NCBI RefSeq assembly: GCF_000981445.1
Contig: NC_027216.1
Span: 930,001 to 994,000, forward strand
Origin: Babesia bigemina
Taxonomy: Eukaryota
DNA: 64,000 nucleotides
Direction: 5' to 3'
Shown: piece after piece, positions 12,330 through 24,081 of the stretch
Layout: each line of letters begins with the position of its first letter
How positions within the stretch are numbered: position 1 is the first letter of the stretch
Program-made: the position numbers and the translations under genes
Notes under the pieces: generated by a model
Databases searched by the model: none
What the model was told of the DNA's origin: nothing
What the model saw: the letters and a program-made list of their open reading frames with translations, nothing else

Positions 12330-13454
12330 TCACTGGAACATGCACGAGCCACCACTGCAGCTATCTTGCTGCAGGCATCCTAATACTGTTTCATGTTGGC
12401 GTCTCCTCGAGACGTGCAATGGGTCAATCCTGCTCGATTCGGAGGTGCTTATGGTGGCCTCTTCGTTTCCGTGTGGCGCGTCAGCGCGTGACTTGAGGTT
12501 GTGTATCTCCTGGAGCAGGAACTCGAATATGTCCTTCACGTTTTGTCCCGATACTGCCGACGCCTCGAACAGGTGCAGGTTCCACTCGCTGGCAAACATG
12601 GCAGCCTGGTCGCGATGTACCTGCCTGACGGACGGGTCCTGTATAGTAAGGTCGATTTTGTTTCCGACCAAAACCACAACGATGTCTGGTTCAGCCGCCA
12701 GCCTGAGCTCGTCAAGCCACTTTTGGCAGTTGTAGAAGCTCTGACGGTTGGTGACGTCGTACACCAGTAGCGCGCCGACCGCACGGCGGTAGTGCGCGCT
12801 TGTGATGCTGCGATAGCGCTCCTGTCCTGCAGTGTCCCATATTTGCGCTTTTACAGTGCCTCCACTTGCAAGCGGGACGGTGCGCGTGGCGAACTCCACG
12901 CCTATGGTAGCCTTGGCTTGCTTGGGCAGCGTACCCCTGATGTAGTGACTCAGGAGATGGCTTTTGCCTGCGCAGCAGTTAGTGCGTATACGACAGCTTC
13001 CAGCATGGCAAATGTGCAGGTAACAGCATATTGTGACACGGAATAACAAAATGATATTAATGTACCACACATTGACACTGAACCGTCTGGTTTTACCAAG
13101 GTGCCACCCTCATCGACTATCAATCAACATTCCAACGTCCGTACATCAGCTACACCATTCCCAGCCTGATGACTGCCAAGAACGGACCTGGCTAGAGCGA
13201 TAGACACCTCTTGCAACCACGGCCTTATTGACACGAGGTCGCGGCACTATTCGCCGTTTCGAAATGCATGGTAGCCAAAACGATTCGCATGGTCTTATTA
13301 CTCTCGATTAAATAGATCATTTTAACACAACATACAGCGCCGCTTTCTACGGCAAGTGGCGGCAGATGAATCAGGGGTTACGCGGGGACTTACCGACAGT
13401 AGCATCGCCCAGCAGGATGATTTTGTATACGTTGTCATAATCGTCCTGCAGCAT
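12330..13454 (-). CDS. RAB11B: Rab11B GTPase
   Basis: Exon 1 MLQDDYDNVYKIILLGDATVG, intron ~12969-13391, then KSHLLSHYIRGTLPKQAKATIGVEFATRTVPLASGGTVKAQIWDTAGQERYRSITSAHYRRAVGA. This is the alveolate Rab11B signature. Confidence 0.93.
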
Positions 13455-14026
13455 TTTATGTACTTTATGGCGAATGCCTGGCGGCGCCGGTTTCTCGTTT
13501 TGCATCGGGCCTTCGATGTGTCCACACAAGCCACCCTCTACTCACGACCCTTGTAGTCGAAACGTCGGACCTAGTTCCGGTGGGATTATATCTTTTCTAG
13601 ACGCTACATTCGTTTGTTAGTATCGCATGACTGTCTAATTTTATCGTACCGCAAGCGGCTGTGCGCGTTCACGGTTGCTCCTGCGGCGCGTTATGTGTTA
13701 GCAAGGCCGTAAAACCCGGGCTAGAAACACCGCCAATACTATATGCCTTTATTTCGTCAAAGGCGTGCGTTTACTAGTGTTATAGGCACGTGCTGAGGCT
13801 TCTCGGGGCCTGCGCGTCGATGCCAGTCGATTGCCTGCATCCGTCTGCCGGCTGACAACTCGCTGTCTTCACCGTATTTCTAACGATTTACCAACTCGAC
13901 GTAGCCTCACTTTTATGTACTGAGCGAGCGTCATTGCTGCCCGTTTACGCGGTGGTGTTTGTGCGGATCCTTCCATTGGGCGTCGCCGCCGGGCGGCGCG
14001 TGCGGTCCACTCCTTGTTTCTGTCCG

Positions 14027-14836
14027 ATGACACGAACAGTGATGGATACGACGTATGGCATTGCCGGCCTCAATGAGGCGTTTTCGTCTGGGTGTGCGAC
14101 GGACGCATCCGGTCCTGCCGGCCGCGCCGATGACGTCAGTATGGGCACGACCATCATTGCGATGCACTACCGCGATGGCGTCGTCCTTGCCGCCGACAGC
14201 CGCACTTCGTCGGGGCCAATAGTAGTAAACCGCGTCGCGCGTAAGATAACGCGCATCTTGCCGAATGTGTTCATGCTCCGTTCTGGTTCGGCGGCCGATT
14301 CGCAGATGTTGTCGCTGATAATCCGCTACCACGCGCAGGCGCTGCGATCGCAGATGAGGTGCAACGGACGCAGCAGAAGTGAAGCCGCGAGCCGGGATGA
14401 CGACTCGATGCAGGTGGATTGCGAAATGTCTACGGAGGACGAGTACACGTACCAATTCGATGAAGCGGATGTTTTCCCGCCCATCCAGGCGCTAGCCACT
14501 GCTACTGGCAACTTAGTCCACTCTTATCGCGAGCAGCTGTATTGTGGCGTGATACTGGGCGGGTACGACCTCGAGAATGGACCGGAGGTCTACAATGTTA
14601 CGCTGGGAGGCACACTGGTGAAAGTACCGGACTTCGTTGCCAGCGGATCGGGCTCTGGATACATCACGGCGTTTCTGAAAGACAACTTCCAGCCAAACAT
14701 GACCAGAGAGCAGTGCCTTCAGCTGTTGAAGCGCGCCATCAAGTACGCAATCGACCTCGACAACAGCTCAGGCGGCCTCATGCGTGCAGTAGCGGTATCC
14801 CGTGGCGGGGTGTCAGAATTCTGCTTTACTTTCTAG
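14027..14836 (+). CDS. PSMB6: 20S proteasome subunit beta1 (caspase-like)
   Basis: Propeptide then G|TTIIAMHYRDGVVLAADSRTSSG, RSGSAADSQ, SGSGSGYI, DNSSGG. Start codon uncertain (14027 or 14042). Confidence 0.92.
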   Translation: MTRTVMDTTYGIAGLNEAFSSGCATDASGPAGRADDVSMGTTIIAMHYRDGVVLAADSRTSSGPIVVNRVARKITRILPNVFMLRSGSAADSQMLSLIIRYHAQALRSQMRCNGRSRSEAASRDDDSMQVDCEMSTEDEYTYQFDEADVFPPIQALATATGNLVHSYREQLYCGVILGGYDLENGPEVYNVTLGGTLVKVPDFVASGSGSGYITAFLKDNFQPNMTREQCLQLLKRAIKYAIDLDNSSGGLMRAVAVSRGGVSEFCFTF

Positions 14837-15329
14837 AGAAACGTTCTGATGAAGGTTCATAGTGTGCTCTAACTTTTGTCATATCTCTATTGCGTTGGCG
14901 ACACATTGGGGAATAGGTCAGATGAACGCTGTGCGACAGTACACCCGTACACATGTGACATACGCCTCATCAAATATATAAAATTAAGTGTGTTACAGAG
15001 AATAATACGAATGGCGATGCTTAACTATGCCGTAATATGGGCCTGACGACACCCGGAGACGCCTCAGACTGGCGTTATAGATGTCGATCAGCACATGTCG
15101 AAGAAGCGGTAGATATTTTGCGGCATTAATGTGTATTTTATGGCCAACATAAAACGCCAACGGCATCGTAATCCGCTTTTGCACCGGCGCACCGTAATGC
15201 ATATGATGGAATCCGCCATCCGAGTCGCGACATCGCACCTTCTCCACTACATATTGCGCTGGGCGAGTTCAAGCCGCCTTTATACGGTGTCGTCGTTAAT
15301 GTGCCGCCGATAAAATATCGCTGTGCAGA

Positions 15330-16302
15330 ATGGCTATCACCAACACCCCGGTTTCGCTCGAAGAGCTCAAGGTTGCGATCACTCAGGCCTACCCTGGAAT
15401 TGAGCATCGCTTGAAGAACACCTTCATCCAGCATGACGTAGCCGCTGAAGGACAATTGCCTTATGGCGTAGTCGAGCCTCTTTTGAGGCACTTTTTGGTG
15501 GAATGCGGACTTGATGACTACATGGGAGAGGTGACTCATGCCGAGGGTACGTTGAAGCATAGCGAGTATTCCTGCCAGATTTCATCAATGATGTGTTCAT
15601 TTTAGATTATTTTGTGAAGTGTTTTCCGCGCATTCACATAAAATTTGGTGTAAATCGTTTTCCAAAATGTGTATCACTCGACTGTGGTTAATGTGCAGAT
15701 GTTGTATTATGCTGTTTTACACGACCTGAATAGTGACTAAGTTACACTGTTATGCAGGAATTCTATCTCACTGCCGCGTTTCTGCCTTCCTTGTGGGCAC
15801 CTCGCTTGAGGATGTTAGCGACTCGAACGTTGACCGTATGATCAACTGCGAGGAGATGTTCATCTTGGCTGTTGTATGGCTTAAGGTCATTAGCGACATG
15901 TACCAGCGTGAGAACGCCCTGAATAATGCCGTCTGTGGAAGTCTCTGGTGCGGCGCTGGCGACATGCGCCAGGTTGAGGTTGCGCACGCCATTGGTAATG
16001 AGGCATCTTTTGAGCAGACCACATCCATTGTTGATGGCGAGATGCCGATCATCGTTGAACCCCGCTACGTTGATCACGTGAACAATGCCGCGGACGAGAA
16101 GGAGTTGACGCAGAAGAACATTGAACACTACATCCAGACCTTGGTGAACGAGGCTGCTGCTAACAGGCAGAAGGGCGTCAAGTGCTTCGTCTACTCTTCT
16201 GCCATCACCACCAACGGTGGATGCGTGAGCGCAGGTGCAGCAATTCCTCAGCGCAGGGAGCGTGTGCACAGCCGCAGGAGTGCTACCACTGGCTGCTGCT
16301 AG
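15330..16302 (+). CDS. Hypothetical protein with C-terminal basic patch and CC motif (1 intron)
   Basis: Exon 1 15330-~15546, intron to 15757, exon 2 to 16302. Coding-like codon usage; ends RRERVHSRRSATTGCC. Confidence 0.75.
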
Positions 16303-17301
16303 GCCGTGTATAGTGATTACGTATGGCAGCTGAAATAATAGGTTGCCAGTAAATTATCATAAACGATGTATACTTATTGTTATTAATTTTAATATGTCTG
16401 CGTGATATCGCTTTCTGTCGTTGTGTATGCTGCGGCCCCTCGCTGTTGGGGATGCGCGGGTGCCAAACGCGGGAGAATAACGTCTCACCTGTTGTTAGGG
16501 TTGCTATAGTTTTGTGTCCGTTCAATATGTGTGCAATATACGACGTTAGAAGCTAAGCGAAACTTGGATTAACATTTTATTTGCGGAATAGATAAGCAAC
16601 ACTTTCGTGTGTGACGTGTGTTGCAAAATTCTAAGGCTGCTTCTTTGCTTTAACGCTACACATATTAAACTTTTGGTGGAATCGAAACGCGGTTATTATA
16701 AGAAGGTAGACATTAAGGACGAGGTGATCGCGGAAGGTCGCGCTGTGTTTCTGGACGGAGTTTTCTGGACTGTAGGTTTGGAGAGCTACCCGGGCTCATA
16801 AATATAACTAATTTTATGCGCGCAGCATCGTATAACGTATAACTTTATCCGTCTTCGGTGCTGCTTTTTATCTTACTTCTCTTGTACCTGACATTGCCCT
16901 GTGTTTGCATGTTCATGCATAAAAAAATTTTCGGCTTGCCTTTTATCCGCCTAAGTGTTTGGAATACTGGATTACTGGCGTCTGTGCTATCGGTACAGTT
17001 CTCCATTTTGTAGGTGTTGCCAAAAAACCATGAGGCATCCGCTAAATCTGTGTGATTCGCATATCGACGTCGCGGAACAATTGGTATTACGTGGATTCTT
17101 CTTTTAGGATAACCATTAGACGGGCGTCGGCTGTATATACTAACTCTAACAGCAATTTATTGTTTGCGATATGTCTTCATAGGGAGGTGTGTTTTGGTCA
17201 ACGTCGTTTTCTCCCCTGGACGCTTTCGGTGTATTATCAGTACTACACTCCACCTTTAAATTCTCATTCTCATTTTCAATTGTCAATTCGTCGTTGTAAA
17301 T

Positions 17302-19667
17302 ATGGCGAATAGTGGTAGGGACGGCAAGAGTGATGACGGGAGCTCAAGCCCCGAATCAAAGAAGAAGTCCTTCGTGAAGAGCATGGTCAAGGGTGGCATA
17401 TTCGGCGGATCGAGACGGCCACGGGCTCAAACTACGGATGCAGAACCTAAGAATGATGGGAAATCGGAGGACGTTGCGCCCCGTGATACGGTTGCTGCGG
17501 ACGCTCGAGATGAGCAGCAGAAGCGTGCGAAGTTTCTGGCTGAGAAGTACGAGAAGATATTTGCGGCGCGTAATTCGGCGGAATCCAAGGTGGCTCGTGC
17601 AACTCAATCTTCTGTTTCCGCTACAACTACTGGCCCTTCAAGTGCTGCCGCGGCTTCGCGGGCAGCAGCCACATCGCAGGCGTCCGAGTCTGCCAAATCA
17701 TCTGTAAGTGCCAAGGTGTCTGCATTCTCCAAGGCATCCGAGTCGACCAAATCATCTGTAAGTGCCAAGGTGTCTGTGACCCCCAAGCCGTCCGAGTCGG
17801 CTAAACCATCTGAAACTGCCAAGGTGTCTCTGACCCCCAAGCCGTCCGAGTCGACCAAATCATCTGTAAGTGCCAAGGTGTCTGTGACCCCCAAGCCGTC
17901 CGAGTCGGCTAAACCATCTGAAACTGCCAAGGTGTCTCTGACCCCCAAGCCGTCCGAGTCTGCTAAACCATCCGAATCTGCCACGGTGTCTGTGACACCA
18001 AATGAGAGTGCTATACCTCAGCTGGTGGTGACCTCTGTGGAAACCTCGGCGTCGAAGGCTGATGCGGAAAAGACGGAATCTCCTTCCAGTGGAGCACGTA
18101 TTCGTACGCTTGCTGACCTCCAGCGGGAGGAGAATCAGGGAGGGCACAGTAGCGAGCACCGCGCATCTCGTGCGCGGTATCAGAGCTCGGCTGGTGATCA
18201 GGGTGTCTCACGTTTCTGGTGTTTCAATCGGCAAATAAATTGCCCTGTGCGGATTGAAGTTAGGGGGCGTTTGTTTCCCGGCAGGTTATTTTTGATGATC
18301 AGCAGCACTATTCTGATGACCGTCCTCTTCATATACCAAGCTTACTTAAATATGGCGACGTTTAACGGGCGTTGCGTCGGTGGCGCGGATTACAGTCACA
18401 AGATCGAAAACCGTGGGATTTTCAATCCGCTTGGTTACACGGCGTGCGAGAATAACTTGAAGACGAAAGCGTCTGAACGGCACACCATCGGTCTGTTAAC
18501 GACTGACTTGGGGTACCCGACCGATTATGTATATAAAGGCTACGAAGGTGGGATGGCGGGTACTGCGGATGGCCCAAACGTCCGTACCCTCTACCTTATG
18601 GGTGCCATGTCTCCTAACCACGTCCGTCTGTATAAGGAGTCCTACCGGATTTGGACGGCTATCTTTCTACACAGCGGTTATTTCCACCTTTTGAACAACA
18701 TGCTGACGAACATTGTATTCCTGTACATTCTTGAGCCGGTGAGTCGCAGCCGTTTCGCGTATAATTCCTTTGCAGGATTGGGGTTTCTGGAGGTGCCTAG
18801 TTGCTTATCTCTTCTGTGGATATGCCGCCAACCTGGTCCACGCCAGCATGTCTCCGTGCCACGCCACTGTGGGTGCGTCGGGCGCCTTGTTCGCTTTGTG
18901 CGGCGCGTTGATTCCGTACGCTGTGGAGCAGTGGGATAAGCTGCGATCCCCGGTGTTCATCATACTGGTTTCGCTCGTCATGTTTTTGTTAGATGTGGGC
19001 GTCCCAAAAAAGGGTGTGAGCTCACATGCGCACATTGTCGGTTTCCTTCTATGAGCTTATATTTGATCGCAGGGGGGTTACGTGTTTGGACTTTGCTACG
19101 GCTTCGTTACTATGGAAACGGCGACGCTGCTAGACCGGGGAGCGCTTTTCCACCGTTTCGTCTTCAGGTTATTCTCAAGTCGCATGTCGGAGGAAACGCA
19201 GCAACAGTACCGAGACAAAATCGCCCAGGGTGCCCGCTCTAGTGAGCTTGCTCGTATTAGGTACGAGCAGACGGCGAGGGATCGGGTCGACCGTTACCGA
19301 TTTGTGAAGAGGCTCTTTGGCATATATCCTCTGGGCCGCAATCGCTTGAGGATCCGCGATATCGTACTGAGGGTTGTGTTCTTCGTCATTATGGTTGGTT
19401 CTGCTCCGCACATTTGTAAATTTCCCTCAGATTTCCATGTTTGTGTACTTCTATGTGGCGACTTATAACGAAAACGTATACACCAAGTTGAGTCCCCAGA
19501 CTAACATTTTTTTCGGTCGCAATTGTTATTGCGGTTTCCTCAAAAAGGACCCAGCGGAGGAGCTCCTACGGTACCAGATTGGCGACCTTGGCGGGCAATT
19601 CATGTGCTTCCACCGCGTAAAGACCCGCATGGAATTCTGCGATCCTGGTGACGGATTCGACGAGTGA
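17302..19667 (+). CDS. ROM4: Rhomboid protease ROM4-like (3 introns)
   Basis: FNPLGYTACENNL, DGPNVRTLYLMGAM, YRIWTAIFLHSGYFHLLNN, catalytic VGASG, and HIGG across a splice junction; long N-terminal extension. Confidence 0.9.
17683..18006 (+). repeat. Coding tandem repeat, 6 x 54 nt (18 aa), in the ROM4 N-terminus
   Basis: Units SESTKSSVSAKVSVTPKP and SESAKPSETAKVSLTPKP alternate. Confidence 0.9.
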
Positions 19668-20976
19668 AGGCACGCGTATGCTACGTCTTCGAAATCCCAA
19701 AACAACCATCGTATCGGCTCATGCCTGTTTGCCTTTAGCTTTGTAAGATTAGGAAATTCGGGCGAGGAGTTGGCGGGTTGCTTCTGTATATGCACTAAAC
19801 TGGGTTTAGGTTTGTGATGCGTTGCTTCTCATGGATACGCCTACTGTTACACCCACCTACATCATCGCCTCGAGTGCGCAGACATGCGGTATCTGCGAAA
19901 CATGTTTAAGTACCGCGGGCTAACGCATCTGTAGAATAGGACGCGCTGAGGTTCGCGCGTTAGTAATATATCAAGCGGGTATCGCGTTGAAGCTGCTGCT
20001 GCCAGGTGGAGGTTATAATTGGGGAACTCGAAAGCTTAGTCACACTTAACCTTTGTCTGCTCGCTGTGATGGTGGATGGCAAAAGTGCCGACTGAGGTGA
20101 GGTGGTGCGTCGTTTGGAGGAGCGTTAAGGCACGGGTGTAATAACACTCGGTTAAATACGATGACTAAGGCACTGTAGTCGAGAGGGAGGAGGTGCAAGA
20201 AACTCAAACGCGGATTTGCCGTGGGCATCTCAGGGTAATCGTTCAAACAACACACGACATTCATAATGGTACCATATGTGATTGTGCCCTCTGGTGATTC
20301 GACGCATGACAGCGTACTTCCCTTGGACAGCATTTGGCACACACCATGCATATCACAGGAAGAATGGCAACAAACTGCCGCAGGCGTGGCAAAAGGTGAG
20401 AGCTGGCAGGCGTTACCGCACTCCGGTTGCGAAGCGTCATCAGATCGGCGAATGCTGGCTCTCGCTGTTTTGTGAGATCCGTTATAACATCGATCTCAGC
20501 CATACACGTACGTCGTCAAAACACGCCAATATGGGTCACAGGACTTCAAATGCTGGACTCACATAGAGTCCTGTTTCACACAACAAGTGCCGTCTGTGAA
20601 CCGTGCTTCAAGCGCGCTCAGCCGCGTTACTTAGCACTGATGAGTTGACCGTGCGTGTTGTACACTATCCAACTCTTCTGTGTACCCGAGAGTTCGTTAC
20701 AGATCCGTTCTCCGCTGCGTAGCGTTGTCTGGTCGGCTTCGTGCGTGCGTGTTACTAACGTCATAGTAATTACAAGGTACTGCTATACAACTGCCATGGG
20801 CGTGTTTTTGCTACTTTCGGTAGGCTACAGTCTGTCGGTGCACTGTTGCACCGTTGCGGTGATGTTACACCATGTAGTGGTCTTCGTTGGCGATGGACTC
20901 CTCCGTCCTTGGCATTCTCACCTCGTATTCGGCAAGTGCCTTTCCGGTACCTACGCCTTATGAGGGCCGCAGTGGG

Positions 20977-21603
20977 CTACTTGCCTGAGAATGGTGCCCA
21001 CACGTCGTCCTGTTCGCTGTACAGGGCGCTCTCTTGATCGTCCAAATCATCCGACTTCGATGGTTTCTCCCACACTGCGTGACGCAATTAAGGATCGCTT
21101 CTGCGTTCTTACCGAAGTTGAGGCTTATGAATACGGCCGCCGTGTAGATAATGTCGACGACGTACGCTGCGATGCCAGTGTTCTTGGACCATTCAGGCGA
21201 CCAGACAAGCTGCAAATGGCATGAAAACTTCACGTGTATGTCGTACTTTTTCGTATGCTAAGCCGGTAGCGAGCAGGAGAATGTCCGCACACAAAAGCGT
21301 GAGGCCTGCGAAGGTCAGTGAAATGATGTGTCTGAAGCGCATACTTACTGAATGTCAACATGCCTATAAGCCCGAGCCACGTTGGCTGCGCAATTAGCAC
21401 TATGAGCAGCATAGCTGATGGCAGTTAGTCGCGTGCTTGTCTAACGTACCGCAGACGAGGTCAACACTGCAGTTGACGCGGTTCGCGCTTACGCCGTGCA
21501 GCGCCGCTGCCAAAATCGCGCATATCGCCGTGCATGAAAGCAGAGGGCGTAATTTGTAGAATGTGTCGTGCTCCAGCCGCCCGTCGTAGTCGGATAGCTC
21601 CAT
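20977..21603 (-). CDS. Hypothetical multi-pass membrane protein (4 short introns)
   Basis: Manual splicing gives MELSDYDGRLEHDTFYKLRPLLSCTAICAILAAALHG...MLLIVLIAQPTWLGLIGMLTFSLTLLCADILLLATGLAYEKLVWSPEW...YVVDIIYTAAVFISLNFVWEKPSKSDDLDDQESALYSEQDDVWAPFSGK*. Confidence 0.55.
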
Positions 21604-21877
21604 TGTGTCGAGTTTTGTGCAGGTGTGTTCAGGCGGGATGTCGCCGACGGTGTGTACGCGTCGGTGTGAGATTCTTGAGATGTGTGCGATTATCCAGTCA
21701 CAGCAGCCATAGAGACCAACTGTGCGTCAAGCGTGTGTGTTGGCGCGGTTGTCTTGGTAATGCTAAGACGCGCCGAGCGTGGCAACTGCCTGTGGGGACG
21801 TGGCGTTGCGCTTCTTGCGTCATTAGGCTACATTTTACACAGTGGGCTTCCGCGTAGCTTAACCATGCGTCTTAATA

Positions 21878-22967
21878 ATGGTAGGCTGAAAGTTTCGGCT
21901 CTACATAAGTTTTATCAGTGGCTCTTTGACCAGTTTGATTCGATCATCCACCGCGGCAACGGCTTTTTCGACAATGCGCCGTTTGTGGCGCGTTACCGGT
22001 GCTATCCGGTGTCGTTTTTAGGGAAGGAGGCGATGGAGCGCGGCAACAAGATATCGATGCCTCCGAGCGCGTTGAACGAGCTCGCTTCTCGCAACATCAC
22101 CTGGCCCATGATGTTCGAGTTGCGCAACGACATCAAGGGACGATCCAGCCATGCCGGCGTGCTCGAGTTCATCTCCGAGGAGGGAATGTGCCATATTCCA
22201 TACTGGGTGAGTATGCAGTGCATATGCGAGCTGGAACGGGCTGGACGTTGTTGCCTTCGTCGCCGTAGACATTCCTTTGCGCCTGGTTCGCGATATATCA
22301 GTGTGCATATGCCGTTTTGTTCTGCGTTTGGCGTCGTTTAACGTGTTCGTCGTCTTTGTCACTTCTCCATGTGCACATATGTCGCGTGTCACAAGTGCGC
22401 AGATGATGCAAAACCTCGGACTGGAGGAGGGCGATTTTCTGACCATACGTAACGTTCGCCTTCCGAAGGCGGAGTGGGTGAAGTTCCGCCCGCGCAACGA
22501 CAACTACTGGGAGATTTCCAACCCCAAGGCTGTGTAGGTGCTTCGCGTCTATTAGTGTGATCGATCTCAGGCTTGAGACAGCACTTCGCAACTTCACGAC
22601 CCTAACTGTTGGCGACCAGATCCCCATTCACTATCTCACCAACGTCTACGAGCTAGAGGTCATGGAACTGCGTCCCAGCGACGCGTGTTGCATTATAGAA
22701 ACCGACATGGAGGTAGAGTTCGCCGAGAGCCGGAAGAAAAAGAGGACCGAGCAAAAGCAAGTGATTTCGGGCAAGCGCCTCGACGGAAAGGCTAGCGTGG
22801 TGCGCGAAGACGAGACGGTCGTCGCCAAGCCGTGGCTCAACAAGCTGAAGCACGGCGTCAGGGTGAGTTGACGTCGGTTCCCGTTAAAAGTGTGCCAGAC
22901 TTCGTGTGAAGAGTTCGAGAGGCTCCTTCGTCTAGGCAGAGTGGCCTCCTGCGCGCCTAGGCGCTAA
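21878..22967 (+). CDS. UFD1: Ubiquitin fusion degradation protein UFD1 (4 introns)
   Basis: [80 protein letters not shown]. Confidence 0.92.
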
Positions 22968-23055
22968 CACATTAATGTAGCATACTGTAATTGTGGCCGG
23001 TTGGGCGCGTCGGCTCCGCCGCGAGTCGATCACTCTAAGACTACATAGTCGTACA

Positions 23056-23835
23056 ATGGCAGACGAACGGGCGTGTGCGCCGCACCTATCAGATTTTTAC
23101 GGTTGTCTGGGCCGGTCCGGGCGGGACCTATCGCAATGTGCCCGCGAGCTGGGCGCGCTGCGCCAGTGCAGTGATGGGTAGGTCCTCCGGCGCGTTTCTT
23201 GACACTTTTCAGGGACAAGAATGAAAACTACTGTGTTGGAGAGCTCACTCGCTTGATTCGGTGCACAGGGTGAGTGTATGAACGGGTTGGATTCCGGTGG
23301 AATCATCGGCGGGATGCCGACATGCTTTCACCCCGTCTTTCGTCGCCAAATTCACTCTGTCGCAGAGAGCCCGATCGCACAGGTTGTGCCAAGGAGTTCA
23401 TCGCCTTCCGCGAGTGCCACCGTCCCGGGGGAGCTGAGATACTCATCAAGGTGAGTAGTGAGCAGATGTGCAACACGGATGTGAGCTGCGACAATTGAGA
23501 ATGCAATCGAACAGAGCACGTCTCTAGCAGTGTGTGCCTGTGATTGTTGCTGTGTTGCCAACTTTGCTTGCGTATTGCGCGTGGCATTATACCATCGGTG
23601 TGAATGGCAGTCTTGACTTCATGTCGCATTTCTGGTTGACTTCACTGCGCAGGACAACATGTACAAGATCAGCAAGGACCATATGCACAAGTACAACGTT
23701 ACCTCTGATGTGATCTGCCCCGCGTCTGCCCCAAAGCGCGACGGGAAGGCCATACGTGCTGCGTTGGATAAGCTTCGCGCCGCCTGCGGCTTCAAGAACT
23801 ACGAGGAGAACTTCACTCCCAAAGTGAAGATTTGA
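23056..23835 (+). CDS. CX9C/CHCH-type mitochondrial protein, ATPTG9-like ATP synthase subunit (3 introns)
   Basis: Spliced: MADERACAPHLSDFYGCLGRSGRDLSQCARELGALRQCSDGDKNENYCVGELTRLIRCT.EPDRTGCAKEFIAFRECHRPGGAEILIKDNMYKI...FTPKVKI*. Four CX9C pairs; CAKEFxAxRECxRP is recalled from Toxoplasma ATPTG9. Confidence 0.65.
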
Positions 23836-24081
23836 TGCTGCCCTGAGGCGCACCATCGTTTTTCACGAACACAGAAATCTAACGAATATAACCGTTCATG
23901 CGCACTTCGGAGCCATGGGAGGTACGCACATGCGAAAGCAGCGGCGGCGGGGCAGGCGCTGTACCCGGCACGGACAATTATACATGCACGTTTAGCTGTG
24001 TTATAGCGCCTCATTCGACGGCGTGTATCTGTTACATACGTTCTCATGCGATTAGGGGCCACCAAAAGCGTAGACTGTTCT

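Noticed and set aside
17683..18006. CRISPR-like or prokaryotic repeat array
   Set aside because: In-frame coding tandem repeat without unique spacers, in a eukaryotic gene.
20174..20503. Possible small spliced minus-strand gene (MAEIDVITDLTKQREP...)
   Set aside because: Splice-like signals exist, but the product would be very short with no recognisable motif.
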